From Candidatus Saccharimonadota bacterium (GTDB lineage: Bacteria; Patescibacteriota; Saccharimonadia; Saccharimonadales; Saccharimonadaceae), in contig DAICXN010000003.1 of NCBI GenBank assembly GCA_027312165.1, positions 1,842 through 65,841 of the forward strand: a stretch of DNA of 64,000 nt, written 5' to 3'. A program made the position numbers and the translations under genes. Every line of letters begins with the position of its first letter. Position 1 is the first letter of the stretch. The notes beneath the pieces are model-generated. The model was not told the DNA's origin, did no database searches, and saw only the letters and a program-made list of their open reading frames with translations. This document shows, piece after piece, positions 48,983 to 59,319 of this stretch.

Positions 48983-49587
48983 TAACGGGACCCCCCTAAA
49001 TAAAACAAACCAATCTTTAAAAGCTCACTCGTGGCCGTCCACCAGCCCCAAGGAGTCAGCCACCACGCACTACTCCACTGCTGATCACTTGAAACCGGAT
49101 GTCTCCTAAGCCCAGTGTCGCCAAGTTGACGCGAAAACTCAAGGCCTGCGCGTCGCATATGATAACCACTGGTAACCAGTATCACACTGCCAATCTCTCG
49201 ACGCTCCAGCTTTCCCAGTACTTGTTCGGCGTTTTGCCTCGTAGTCTCACTGCGCTCCTCGATGAGAGTCGCTGAGGTCGGAACCCCGCTATTTATAGCC
49301 TGCTGACGCATCACCTCAGCGTTACTTGGCCCCTCTTTGTCGGCGGCGGCACCGGAGAAAATTATATACTCAGCCCAGCCATTCTGGTAAAGTCGAATCG
49401 CCTCGGATGTGCGCGCAGCGGTATCGCCACCCGAAATCACCACGATAGCATCGGCTTGCGAGCACTGACCGCCGATTGTTGGATTTTCAATATCGCAGCC
49501 CTCTAAATCATCGGGAGATAAATACCAACCAATGCCAAAAATGACCAAACCGACAACCGCAATTAAAGCAATTAAACGCACGATCAT
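48982..49587 (-). CDS. YdcF/ElyC (DUF218) family protein
   Basis: ADAIVVISGG, EERSETTRQNA and VTSGYHMRRA motifs. Confidence 0.9.
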   Translation of the reverse strand: MIVRLIALIAVVGLVIFGIGWYLSPDDLEGCDIENPTIGGQCSQADAIVVISGGDTAARTSEAIRLYQNGWAEYIIFSGAAADKEGPSNAEVMRQQAINSGVPTSATLIEERSETTRQNAEQVLGKLERREIGSVILVTSGYHMRRAGLEFSRQLGDTGLRRHPVSSDQQWSSAWWLTPWGWWTATSELLKIGLFYLGGSR

Positions 49588-50744
49588 CAGCGTACCCTCG
49601 CCTGCTCCAAGTTAACTGCCTCAATAATGAGCCGCGTTGCGTTTTCGATATTTTCCTCGGTCGAGAGCCTGCCCAGGCTAATTCGCAAGCTACCTTGAAT
49701 CGCCCTATCATCCATCCCTATGGCCTCAAGTATATGCGAACGAGTACCCTTATTGGCTGCACATGCGCTACCGGTCGCCACCATAACGCCCCTTGATTCT
49801 AGCCAAAAAATTAACCTCTCTGCGTCCAGGCCGGGAAAAGAGATATGCAAAAAGTTGACCAAACCCTTTTTGCTATCTGATGAAATTATCATCTCAGGAA
49901 ACTCTTGCGATAAACTCTGCGCCATCTGGTCTCTCATCTTTTGAAGACGCTGCCGTTCGCCTGATCGACGCTTGCTAGCCAGCTCAAGCGCTGTCGCGAA
50001 TCCAATAACCCCAGCAACGTTTTCGGTACCACTCCGTAAGCCGTTCTCCTGGCCGCCACCAACTATTGTCGGTGCCAGCAAGATCCCCGGCTTAACCCAC
50101 AATAAGCCGACTTGTTTTGGACCATAAACTTTGGCTGCGCTCAAAGTCAGCAAATCCACACCCAGCCTCTTGATCTTAATATCAATCAATGCCGTCGCTT
50201 GGGACGCATCGCAGTGAAATATCAAGGGATTATTCTCACCGCTAGCTATCCTCCGCTGCCGCTCCACCTCGATAATCCGACCGATGTCCTCGATTGGCTG
50301 TACTGTGCCTAGCTCGTTGTTTACCAGGCCGACACTAACAAACGTAACATCTGGACTCATCAGGCGACTAAGACTCTCAGGACTTATCCTACCTCGATTA
50401 TTGGCCGGTATCTTAATCAGATCTCCAGCCTTTTTGGCAGCTGAAAGAGTAGCCGAATGCTCAACAGACGAAACTAATATTTTTCCGCGAGCAGCAGAAA
50501 AAGCGATATTAATTGACTCTGTCGCACCCGCCGTCATCACTAGCTCATCGGCTTGCACACCCAGATTTTGAGCGATCCGTCTCTTGGCTTCAGTATAATC
50601 GCGTTTTACCTTTACGGCTTGGGCGTACGGACTGGATGGATTAAAGAAAAGTTCAGAAAAATATGGCAACATCGAATCCAGCACCAACGGATCCACCGGT
50701 GTGGCTGCAGCATGATCAAGATAAATAAACCCCTCGTTCATCAT
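49587..50744 (-). CDS. iscS: Cysteine desulfurase (IscS/NifS family)
   Basis: IYLDHAAATP, NPSS, GGGQE..LRSGTEN and TGSAC motifs; co-transcribed with mnmA. Confidence 0.92.
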   Translation of the reverse strand: MMNEGFIYLDHAAATPVDPLVLDSMLPYFSELFFNPSSPYAQAVKVKRDYTEAKRRIAQNLGVQADELVMTAGATESINIAFSAARGKILVSSVEHSATLSAAKKAGDLIKIPANNRGRISPESLSRLMSPDVTFVSVGLVNNELGTVQPIEDIGRIIEVERQRRIASGENNPLIFHCDASQATALIDIKIKRLGVDLLTLSAAKVYGPKQVGLLWVKPGILLAPTIVGGGQENGLRSGTENVAGVIGFATALELASKRRSGERQRLQKMRDQMAQSLSQEFPEMIISSDSKKGLVNFLHISFPGLDAERLIFWLESRGVMVATGSACAANKGTRSHILEAIGMDDRAIQGSLRISLGRLSTEENIENATRLIIEAVNLEQARVR

Positions 50745-50758
50745 TAACTATTGTAGCA

Positions 50759-51196
50759 TTAAAGAGGCCTGTTTGGCTGAGGGTCGTGTCCGTATAGCTG
50801 CCTAGTAGTTCGTTCGTAATATTCTTTGGTGGCGAGAACAAGATTCCGCAGCTCTTCTCCGTCCAAATACGTATACTTCGGTCCCGGTTGCACCTTTAAA
50901 ACACCTCGAGGCTGTAGCTCATATCGAGTAGTGATTTGCTGTGTCGTGCCATCAGAAACCTTAATTTCCTCGTGCCAAATCCACGTGTGTTCGTCGAGAT
51001 TGAAAAACTCGCGGCGGACCACATTTGCCGGCAAGGGACCAAAAACCGTCCTGCCAATTTCACTCTCTAGTTCAATCAATTCACGTTCGGTGAGAGTCTT
51101 GAGGGGCCGGTCCTTTTTGGAAATTCGGCGAAGCGAGTCGCTGGGGTCATCTGCAAAAATTAGGCTCAGAGCTTTCTTAAAAATACCGCTTGACAT
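50759..51196 (-). CDS. Hypothetical protein
   Basis: 145-aa in-operon ORF with the aromatic motif REFFNLDEHTWIWHEE. Confidence 0.8.
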   Translation of the reverse strand: MSSGIFKKALSLIFADDPSDSLRRISKKDRPLKTLTERELIELESEIGRTVFGPLPANVVRREFFNLDEHTWIWHEEIKVSDGTTQQITTRYELQPRGVLKVQPGPKYTYLDGEELRNLVLATKEYYERTTRQLYGHDPQPNRPL

Positions 51197-51205
51197 AACT
51201 GCCTC

Positions 51206-51478
51206 CTATTTGGCTTTTATGAAATTTTTGCGTAGCTCAGACAGAGTTAACTGGCCGATAACCTGCTGTCTATTTTTTGCAATAAGCTCACCGGTTAGGC
51301 CAACTTCCTTAACAGCCCTTTCAATCTCAGATTGACTCGAACCAAACTCGGCTGCCGATCGTCCTTGAGTATCTTTAGGCATAAGATCAGAGCCCGGTTT
51401 GACCGGTTCAGCAAAATAAAGCGCCTCTTGATAGGCCTCACTGGCAGCAGCTACAGAACTTTCAATCTGATTTTCCAT
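51206..51478 (-). CDS. Hypothetical protein
   Basis: 90-aa ORF filling the gap in a co-directional run. Confidence 0.65.
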   Translation of the reverse strand: MENQIESSVAAASEAYQEALYFAEPVKPGSDLMPKDTQGRSAAEFGSSQSEIERAVKEVGLTGELIAKNRQQVIGQLTLSELRKNFIKAK

Positions 51479-51496
51479 AAAAGTCTCAAGACTCCA

Positions 51497-52255
51497 CTAA
51501 ATACTAAATAGTTCACGGGTATTGCGACAAGTGACACGACAGACCTCTTCAAGCGCCACACCTCGCTCGGCAGCCACTGACTGAGCCACCAACTCCACAT
51601 ACCCTACTTCGTTGACTTTACCACGTAGTGGCTTTGGCGTCAAGAATGGTGCATCGGTTTCGAGTAGAACTTTCTCAAGAGGCAAGCTCCGATAAAGCTC
51701 TCGCTGAGACTCATCTTTTGTAAAAGTACTTATACCATTTATGCCAATAAAGAGACCTCTGCCCATTCCCTTTTCGGCATTTTCTCTTGAGTCGGTAAAG
51801 CTGTGCAGCACGCCCCTGATCCCCGAGAAACTGTCAAATATTGGCCAAAAATCACTAAAAGCATCGCGTACATGAAAACTCACAGGCAAATTGTATTTTT
51901 TTGCGAGTTCCAGCTGGCCAATTAAAGCCTGCCGCTGCGACTCGTGTGAACTATGGTCGTAGAAATAGTCCAAACCAATTTCACCGATAGCTACAATCTT
52001 ACCGCTAACATCACCCTTAACTAGCGGCTCAATGCCCGACCAGCCAAGCCTAGCTTCATGCGGATGGACCCCCACAGCAGCCCAAACGTGAGGACGATCC
52101 CCGGCAAACTCAAGTGCCTGCTGGGAACTACGCTCGTCCGTACCAACTGCAATCATACCGACGTCCTGTGCGATCGCTCGGTCATATATCGCTTGCCGAT
52201 CTTCACCGAAAAACTCCGTGTCATGAATGTGGCAATGTGAATCTATCAGTCTCAT
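51497..52255 (-). CDS. tatD: TatD family hydrolase
   Basis: IDSHCH, GVHPH, IGEIGLDY and LLETDAPF motifs. Confidence 0.95.
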   Translation of the reverse strand: MRLIDSHCHIHDTEFFGEDRQAIYDRAIAQDVGMIAVGTDERSSQQALEFAGDRPHVWAAVGVHPHEARLGWSGIEPLVKGDVSGKIVAIGEIGLDYFYDHSSHESQRQALIGQLELAKKYNLPVSFHVRDAFSDFWPIFDSFSGIRGVLHSFTDSRENAEKGMGRGLFIGINGISTFTKDESQRELYRSLPLEKVLLETDAPFLTPKPLRGKVNEVGYVELVAQSVAAERGVALEEVCRVTCRNTRELFSI

Positions 52256-53748
52256 GATGCTTTTTGGGCGCGTGGATCCGGGGTGTAGATATGTACTTTG
52301 GGAAATAGCGGCTGAATGTCGTCCGGCACTACACCCGAAGCAAAGGTCGAGTGGATCGCTCGAGCTGTGGTCGGCAAGAAAGGAACTAACAAATCAGCGA
52401 TCTGCAGTAGCGTGCCGCTAGAATGCGACAAGATTTCTGCAAGGTGCGCAGCCGCCTCAACGTCCGTGTCTCTTTTCTTGGCGACCTCCCACGGCTTTAC
52501 TCGATCAATGTATTGGTTAAGCGCCCTGACGATAACCCATACTTCGTCAAGCGCTCGGTTAAATTCGTAAGTCTCCATGGCGTTACGGTACGGCCCCATG
52601 TCGTGCTTGCTGGCTGGAGGCTCATCAATCACACCAGCCTGGTAGCGCGATATCATCGCCGCAACTCGTTGCACCAAGTTTCCTAGATCATTGCCGAGCT
52701 CACCATTATAAGCGGCCTCAAATCTCTCCCAGGTGAAATCTCCGTCGTCCAGTGTCGGAACATATCGCAGGAAATAATAACGAAATGCCTCGACGCCGTA
52801 TTTGTCGATCACATCAAATGGGCTGACGCCGTTGCCGAGCGACTTTGCCATCTTTGCCCCGCCCGAAGTGATATGACCATGAACAAGCAGCACCTTAGGC
52901 AGTGGCAGACCTAGACCAAGTAGAATTGCCGGCCAAATACCCGCATGAAATCGCAATATGTCCTTACCCACCACACTTATGTCGGCTGGCCAAAAGTCCT
53001 GCCAAGTTGTGTCATTTGGATAGCCTAGAACTGTCAAATAGTTACTCAAGGCATCCAACCAAACATACATAACCTGCCCTGGATCACCCGGCACCGGAAT
53101 GCCCCAGGACAAACTCTTAGCTGGCCTAGATACACTAACATCCGCCAAACCGTCTTTGATTAATTCAAGAAATTCTCGCTTGCGAAAATCTGGCTCAATC
53201 CTCATCTTACCCGACTCAATGGCCTGGGTAATCTGTGTAGTAAACGTGCTGGCTTTGAAGTAGTAATTCTCTTCGCTGAGGCGCTGATATGGCGTATTGT
53301 GATCTGGGCAAATGCCGTTATTCTCAGCTGCCTCCTTGTCGGTGATGAAAGACTCACAGCCCATACAGTACCAGCCCTCATATGTTCCTTTGTAGAATAA
53401 GCCTGCCTTTTCTAGCTGCTGCCATATATATTGAACTGCTGCCCTGTGCTTGATATCGCTAGTGCGAATAAAATCGGTCGTATCGACGTTTAGGGTTTGA
53501 ATTAGCTGCTGAAAGTTTCCGTACATACTGTCAACGTATGCCTGGGGAGCTATCCCCTGCTCGGCGGCTTTGGCGGCAATTTTATTGCCGTGCTCATCGA
53601 CTCCAGTCTGAAACCTGACAACCTTGCCCAACTGCCTTTGGTAACGCGCCCACACATCAGCAATCAAATAATCTAGAGCGTGGCCAATATGCGGCTCGCC
53701 GTTGACATAGGGAATCGCCGTAGTTACGTAAGAGTGTCTTTTAGTCAT
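52252..53748 (-). CDS. metG: Methionine--tRNA ligase (short form)
   Basis: YVTTAIPYVNGEPHIGH, YVWLDAL, GKDILRFH and KMAKS motifs. Confidence 0.98.
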   Translation of the reverse strand: MTKRHSYVTTAIPYVNGEPHIGHALDYLIADVWARYQRQLGKVVRFQTGVDEHGNKIAAKAAEQGIAPQAYVDSMYGNFQQLIQTLNVDTTDFIRTSDIKHRAAVQYIWQQLEKAGLFYKGTYEGWYCMGCESFITDKEAAENNGICPDHNTPYQRLSEENYYFKASTFTTQITQAIESGKMRIEPDFRKREFLELIKDGLADVSVSRPAKSLSWGIPVPGDPGQVMYVWLDALSNYLTVLGYPNDTTWQDFWPADISVVGKDILRFHAGIWPAILLGLGLPLPKVLLVHGHITSGGAKMAKSLGNGVSPFDVIDKYGVEAFRYYFLRYVPTLDDGDFTWERFEAAYNGELGNDLGNLVQRVAAMISRYQAGVIDEPPASKHDMGPYRNAMETYEFNRALDEVWVIVRALNQYIDRVKPWEVAKKRDTDVEAAAHLAEILSHSSGTLLQIADLLVPFLPTTARAIHSTFASGVVPDDIQPLFPKVHIYTPDPRAQKAS

Positions 53749-53834
53749 ATGGTCTATTATACCAGAGTGGGCGACGGATTACCGCAGAGCGAGTGATGAG
53801 CCCTAAAGACCGATTTCTTAGCTATATCGAAGGC

Positions 53835-54338
53835 TTATTTTACAAAAGATGCCCAGCTGGTTGAATAGAAATACTGTCGATGCTCCCCGCCACTACTTGA
53901 TATTCCTATAAGGCCGGGGCATACACTTGGAGACCCGCTAGTCCAGGCACTTGCCGTAATGGTACCCGCACCATTCGATGTATATGTAAACAACTGGCCG
54001 CTCTTACTCCTGGCTGCCAGACCAATATTGCCACTGCCATCAGGCATTCTGCAGTAGAGCAAGTTATAGATACCAGAATAATGCTGCCCATATGACTCCT
54101 TGGAAGCAGATACTCCAGCCACGCTAAGCTCCCCTGCTGTCACCGGATAGGCACCGTACTCAGCGCGGTACAGAGAAAAGCCTTGATACACATTACGCAA
54201 ATCGCTTTTAACCGCCGAGTCGTTCGCCTGATTAGACACACCATTATAGGCGACTATAGATATCGCGGCTAAAATTCCAATAACCACGATCACAATTAAA
54301 AGTTCGACTATCGTAAAGCCATGAGCTTTTTGGTTCAT
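53835..54338 (-). CDS. Type IV pilin-like protein
   Basis: Class III signal G|FTIVELLIVIVVIGILAAI; C-terminal Cys pair; promoter TTGACA-17-TACAAT 6 nt before ATG. Confidence 0.92.
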   Translation of the reverse strand: MNQKAHGFTIVELLIVIVVIGILAAISIVAYNGVSNQANDSAVKSDLRNVYQGFSLYRAEYGAYPVTAGELSVAGVSASKESYGQHYSGIYNLLYCRMPDGSGNIGLAARSKSGQLFTYTSNGAGTITASAWTSGSPSVCPGLIGISSSGGEHRQYFYSTSWASFVK

Positions 54339-54384
54339 GTGATGATTGTAACTGCAGCTGCAACAGATGTCAACGCGAGGCGAG

Positions 54385-55122
54385 CTAGCCCCTCATCATT
54401 GCAATTACTGCAAATCGCCCAGACTTATCGCCCTTGCTGTGCGAAAAATAGTCAGTACTTGACATAGTGTTAATCGGTGAGATATGAATATTTGACTCAC
54501 TTAGCCCACTGGCTAGCAGTGCCGCCTTATTGAAACCCGGCAAATCCAAAAAAATACCTTCGTTCGACTTCTTGATAAAGCCCCTCCAGCCTGGATCAGC
54601 TTCTTGGTCAAACCATTCCATAACATACGACTCCAGCCTAGCGCTTGGGCTCATCCAGACAATTAGGTCTTGGGCGCGCGAGCCTCTGTCAGTTAACTCA
54701 CCGACTACTTTATTTGCCAATTGCGCCACAGTTGAGTGTCGCCCGAGGTGAATCAAAGCCAAATAGCTGTTGACGGGGTCGTAGATGATGGTTGCCGTAC
54801 AATCAGCTACTGGCAAAAAGAGACCGACTGATTTAGCGGATGTTATCAGCGCATCAGCCTTTATGACTTTTGGAGGAGTGGTCGCTGGTGACTGATCCAG
54901 CCAGACTATCTTGTCATAAGTTTGGTCTTCGCCATATACCACCTTCAGGCTAATCGTGTAGCCGTAATCCGTACCCGCTAGTGCGCAAAACCTCTCTCGA
55001 TTGTCCTCGACAAATAATTCATCCTGCTCAAAGTTGCGATCAAGCATAGTGCCATCAGACCTAGACGAAACTGCCGCCAATACCGATGTTGGAAAGCATG
55101 TAGGTTGATCGCTGGCTATCAT
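54385..55122 (-). CDS. YfiH/PgeF (laccase-domain) family protein
   Basis: ADALIT, VADC and IHLGR motifs; YFSH near the C-terminus. Confidence 0.85.
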   Translation of the reverse strand: MIASDQPTCFPTSVLAAVSSRSDGTMLDRNFEQDELFVEDNRERFCALAGTDYGYTISLKVVYGEDQTYDKIVWLDQSPATTPPKVIKADALITSAKSVGLFLPVADCTATIIYDPVNSYLALIHLGRHSTVAQLANKVVGELTDRGSRAQDLIVWMSPSARLESYVMEWFDQEADPGWRGFIKKSNEGIFLDLPGFNKAALLASGLSESNIHISPINTMSSTDYFSHSKGDKSGRFAVIAMMRG

Positions 55123-55133
55123 AAGTAGTAAAC

Positions 55134-55919
55134 CTATCTCTTTATTATAGCATATTTGCTGAGCAGTGTCAACCAGCTAGTGACACTAAGGTCCTCCGCC
55201 CTGGCATTTGGCGAGACTCCCGCATCGGTCAACAAACCCTCGACGACAGCCTTATCAAGATGCAGGCCACCAGCTAGTGAGCTTCGGAGCTTTTTTCGCC
55301 TTGATGAAAAGCCGGCTTTTACCAGCCTAAAAAATTCAGATTGGTCGGCTGGCTGTACCTGCGGAGCCTTTCTCCGCGAAAGTATCACGACCTGGGAATC
55401 GACTTTTGGCGGCGGCGTAAATAGAGCCGCTGGCACAACCTGACCTAAGCGCACCTCAAAAAACACCTGGGTTGCGATCGACAATACACTGTGACCATCA
55501 TTTGCCGCCAGGCGCTCTGCAACCTCTTTTTGAATTAACAGCACAACGCAGCTCGGCGGATTAGCCGACTCAGACAAAAGCTTTATAATCTTGCTGGTTA
55601 TATAGTAAGGGACATTTGCGACGACCTTATAGTCGGCCGGCAGACTAAGTAGATTGAACTTTAAGATGTCTTGATTTACAACTTCTAGGTTCTTGCCTGG
55701 AAACTGACCAGGCAGCTTTCGGGCCAGTGACTCGTCAAATTCAACCGCTACAACGTTTTTGGCTCGCGCCAATAGTCGACTAGTTAAAGTTCCTAGACCT
55801 GGTCCGATTTCAAGAACAGTATCGCTTGAGTCAATCTCAGCTTGATCGGCGATATCTGCCAGTACATCGGGATCTTTCAACCAGTGTTGGCCTAATGACT
55901 TGTTATTCTGCAGTGCCAC
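55134..55919 (-). CDS. rsmA: 16S rRNA dimethyltransferase RsmA/KsgA
   Basis: KSLGQHWL, LEIGPGLG, ANVPYYITS, QKEVAERL and PPPKVDS motifs. Confidence 0.97.
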   Translation of the reverse strand: MALQNNKSLGQHWLKDPDVLADIADQAEIDSSDTVLEIGPGLGTLTSRLLARAKNVVAVEFDESLARKLPGQFPGKNLEVVNQDILKFNLLSLPADYKVVANVPYYITSKIIKLLSESANPPSCVVLLIQKEVAERLAANDGHSVLSIATQVFFEVRLGQVVPAALFTPPPKVDSQVVILSRRKAPQVQPADQSEFFRLVKAGFSSRRKKLRSSLAGGLHLDKAVVEGLLTDAGVSPNARAEDLSVTSWLTLLSKYAIIKR

Positions 55920-55923
55920 ACTC

Positions 55924-57153
55924 TTAGTACCAGCCCCGAGACTGCGAGTGCGCCACCGCACCAGCCCAGCCACCGTAACGAGACTTTACGTATCCGTCCA
56001 TGCCATTTAATGAATCGACAGGGTTATTCCACTGACCTGGCCATTTACCACAGGGTAGTTGCTGACCGAGTCCACATGCACCGCTGTATGGATTGACGGC
56101 GTTCGGGTTCCAGCCACTCTCCTTTTGCACTAACCAGTCGGCATAGCCGTAGTCGGCTGGCGATATATTGGAGGCTGCTAGCCACTCGCTCTTTGTGCCA
56201 CCACCCGTATAAGCCATAGTCTCTGGCTTTGTGCCTACAACCTCAACCTGCTTTTTTGGCTGCTTGGTAACGATACTGGCAATTTCCTGACGGGCAACCT
56301 CTTCGCCGTTCCTCATCTCAATCTCGTAAGTGGCTGTTCTCGCCCCTTTTTCTCCAGGAGTCTGAACTTGCTTATAGCCGACAGGCCTATTCGCGTCCCG
56401 AATCTGCTCAGTCTCAAAATCAACCTCTTCGTCGACGGTTATCGTTTGCTTTCCCTCTCGCCATAACTCTATTTGCATGCCCGCCACAATCGGCTGATCG
56501 GTTGCGACAGATAACATGTCATTCTCCCCAATCTGGATATCCTTTTCGATCAAGAACTCACCGACAGTGTCCGCTTGGGTTCTAACTTCGGTCTTTTTAC
56601 CATAAAGGGTCAGCTGCAACGGAATAGCTCGATCTATCTTCATAACCATATCAGCACCGTAAAGAAGCAAGTCGTCTGAGACCTCGAGGGTCACCTTATC
56701 TTCGGCATGCAACTCGACACTGGCAACCTGCGCAATGTTTTCAGGAGTTTTTTGAGCGGTAGTAATGCGTTGACGGACCATACCATCAACAACTGTCACG
56801 GGTCGTGCACGGTAAATATTAACGTTATACTTAGAAGCTATCAACTCAGAGTCAAGTCCCGGTTCGACGACATCCTGCTTGTCGTTGATCAAAATTCCGG
56901 CAGCGTCGAGAGCTTGACGGACGGTCTTTGCCTTGGTGACAATCACCCGCTCTTCACCCCTGTCATAAATAGTTACAACATGCTCATCGGCCGCTGGCAC
57001 AACATCACCATCCTGGCTCTGCGCCCAAACACGATCAGCTATCATCATGCTTCCCACGACTAACATCAGCAAGCCGCACAAAACGACTAGCTTCTTGATG
57101 GGGTTACCTGCCTTAATTCCAATACTCATAGGTGTAATATGCACGAAACTCAT
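55924..57153 (-). CDS. RpfB/YabE-like protein (DUF348 repeats, G5, lytic transglycosylase-like domain)
   Basis: TVRQAL/TVGEFL repeats, a G5 segment and KESGWNPNAVN...GACGLGQ; canonical position next to rsmA and tatD. Confidence 0.88.
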   Translation of the reverse strand: MSFVHITPMSIGIKAGNPIKKLVVLCGLLMLVVGSMMIADRVWAQSQDGDVVPAADEHVVTIYDRGEERVIVTKAKTVRQALDAAGILINDKQDVVEPGLDSELIASKYNVNIYRARPVTVVDGMVRQRITTAQKTPENIAQVASVELHAEDKVTLEVSDDLLLYGADMVMKIDRAIPLQLTLYGKKTEVRTQADTVGEFLIEKDIQIGENDMLSVATDQPIVAGMQIELWREGKQTITVDEEVDFETEQIRDANRPVGYKQVQTPGEKGARTATYEIEMRNGEEVARQEIASIVTKQPKKQVEVVGTKPETMAYTGGGTKSEWLAASNISPADYGYADWLVQKESGWNPNAVNPYSGACGLGQQLPCGKWPGQWNNPVDSLNGMDGYVKSRYGGWAGAVAHSQSRGWY

Positions 57154-57179
57154 GCGTACTCAAACAATTATATCATAAA

Positions 57180-59285
57180 CTAAAGCTTTTCAAGCCTTGC
57201 GTACTCAGCGTTCAGCTTCTTGGTTTGACCCGAATCAAACAATACCGTAACTGCCATACCATCTACATCAGTAATCTCTCCGGCGCCAAATAGCGGTGTT
57301 CGCACCCTATCGCCCGAAACGAGACCTATCTCGTCAGAGAAAAATTCAGGCTCATCGGCAAACCTCTGCCGAGCTGGCTCATCAGCTTCGGCAGCGTAAA
57401 GACCCATCTCAGATAAAAAGCGCGAGGGCATACTGTAGTTGATCTGACCAAACTGAGACCGCGAGCTCGCACAAGTCACATAAAGCTCCTCGCGCGCCCT
57501 AGTCAACCCGACATAGCAAAGCCGGCGCTCCTCTTCAACATCATCAAGCCTTCCATTATCAAGCACTCGAGAGTGAGGTAAGATCCCCTCCTCTAGCCCA
57601 ACTAAAAATACTACTGGAAACTCCAACCCCTTCGCTGCATGTAAAGTCATCAGCGTCACTTGATCTTCGGCCTGATCATCGCTAGATGACATCAAGGCCA
57701 TCTCCTCAAGAAATGTGGCTAAATCGACATAGGCCCTCGCTTCGGCTATTAAAACACCGAGGTTTTCAACTCGCGACTCAGCCTCGATCGTGCCGTCATT
57801 TACGTAGTCGCCGTACCCAGTTTTAGCAAGAATCAACTCGATAATATCCGCTGGAGATTCATCGAGGTGCTGCTGGAGTTCGGCTAACACCCTGCCCAAT
57901 TCGCGAAGTGGATTTCGGGCCCGAGCAGTCAAACCATCAATCTTATCGACATCTAGAAGGCTTTCAATAATTGACTGGTCCTGGCTTGCACTCCACTGCA
58001 GAAATTTTTGCAGACTTACTGCACCAATACCCCGCTTTGGTACGCCGACAATTCTCTGAAAACTCACCGTATCATTGGGCTGAAAAAGTAGACGCAGATA
58101 GGCAATTACATCCTTGACGACGGCTCGATCCAAAAATCGAAGACCGCCCACAATCCGATACGGCACATGATACTCCCTCAGCGCTCGCTCGATAGCATAA
58201 CTCTGAGCGTTCGTTCGATACAGTATCGCTATATCCTCATGGCTACGACCGGCATTGACTTGGTTCCAAATCTCCTGTGCGATACGCGAACCCTCCTCCG
58301 CATCACTGTAGACATGCCAAAACTTTGGCTCATTGCCACCCTTTAACTCAGTCCAGAGGTTCTTATCTGTACGCTGAGTGTTGTGGCTGATTAGCGTATT
58401 TGCCAAGGTCAAAATCGCATCAGTCGAACGATAGTTCTGCTCAAGCTTCACCACCTCAGCACCAGGGAAATCGCGTTCAAAATTCAAAATATTTGTATAG
58501 TCTGCCCCACGAAAACTATATATCGACTGCGAGTCATCACCGACCACACACAGGTTGCGCTGGGCATTCATCAGTAGCTTGATCAAGGCGTACTGCACGG
58601 CATTCGTGTCCTGATACTCGTCAATCAGAATATGCTCAAACTGATCCTGCCATCGTCTTCGAGCCTCCGCATTACCCTTTAGCAAGTCGACGGTTTTTAT
58701 CAGCAGATCATCAAAGTCCAAAGCGCTCGCCCTCGAAAGCTCAACTTGATAATTTCGATAAATCTCTGCCACTTTTTGCTCCAACGGGCCGCGCGCCGCA
58801 TTGGCATAGTCTTCGGTCGACATAAGGTCGTTTTTTGATTTAGATATTATCGATCCAACGAGCCGTGGCTTTATGTCCTTGTCGGTCAAGCCCAAGCTCT
58901 TCATTTGCTGCTTAATTAGAGCCAACCGATCATCCTCATCATAAATAACGAACCGGTTTGATATGCCAATTAGCGGACCATCGTAACGCAGCAAGCGAAC
59001 GCAAATGCTGTGAAACGTTCCCATCCACGGCATAAATTGACGATCGTCAGCCGACTGGCCAAGCAAATCAGCTAGCCGCCCCCTCATCTCGCGAGCCGCT
59101 TTGTTGGTAAAAGTAACCGCTAAAATACGACTGGGCAAAACCCCTTTCTCCTTGATGAGATAGGCAATCCTGTGAGTTAAAGTTTTAGTCTTACCACTCC
59201 CAGCGCCCGCCAAAATAAGCAGCGGTCCCTGCTCATGCACAACCGCCCGACGCTGCTGGTCGTTTAGCCCAACTGTAATATCCAT
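57180..59285 (-). CDS. pcrA: UvrD/PcrA DNA helicase
   Basis: AGAGSGKT, DEYQDTN, LEQNYRST, TLHAAKGLEF and EERRLCYV motifs. Confidence 0.97.
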   Translation of the reverse strand: MDITVGLNDQQRRAVVHEQGPLLILAGAGSGKTKTLTHRIAYLIKEKGVLPSRILAVTFTNKAAREMRGRLADLLGQSADDRQFMPWMGTFHSICVRLLRYDGPLIGISNRFVIYDEDDRLALIKQQMKSLGLTDKDIKPRLVGSIISKSKNDLMSTEDYANAARGPLEQKVAEIYRNYQVELSRASALDFDDLLIKTVDLLKGNAEARRRWQDQFEHILIDEYQDTNAVQYALIKLLMNAQRNLCVVGDDSQSIYSFRGADYTNILNFERDFPGAEVVKLEQNYRSTDAILTLANTLISHNTQRTDKNLWTELKGGNEPKFWHVYSDAEEGSRIAQEIWNQVNAGRSHEDIAILYRTNAQSYAIERALREYHVPYRIVGGLRFLDRAVVKDVIAYLRLLFQPNDTVSFQRIVGVPKRGIGAVSLQKFLQWSASQDQSIIESLLDVDKIDGLTARARNPLRELGRVLAELQQHLDESPADIIELILAKTGYGDYVNDGTIEAESRVENLGVLIAEARAYVDLATFLEEMALMSSSDDQAEDQVTLMTLHAAKGLEFPVVFLVGLEEGILPHSRVLDNGRLDDVEEERRLCYVGLTRAREELYVTCASSRSQFGQINYSMPSRFLSEMGLYAAEADEPARQRFADEPEFFSDEIGLVSGDRVRTPLFGAGEITDVDGMAVTVLFDSGQTKKLNAEYARLEKL

Positions 59286-59319
59286 ATTTACTATTGTACT
59301 ACGAACCGGAACAAGGTGC

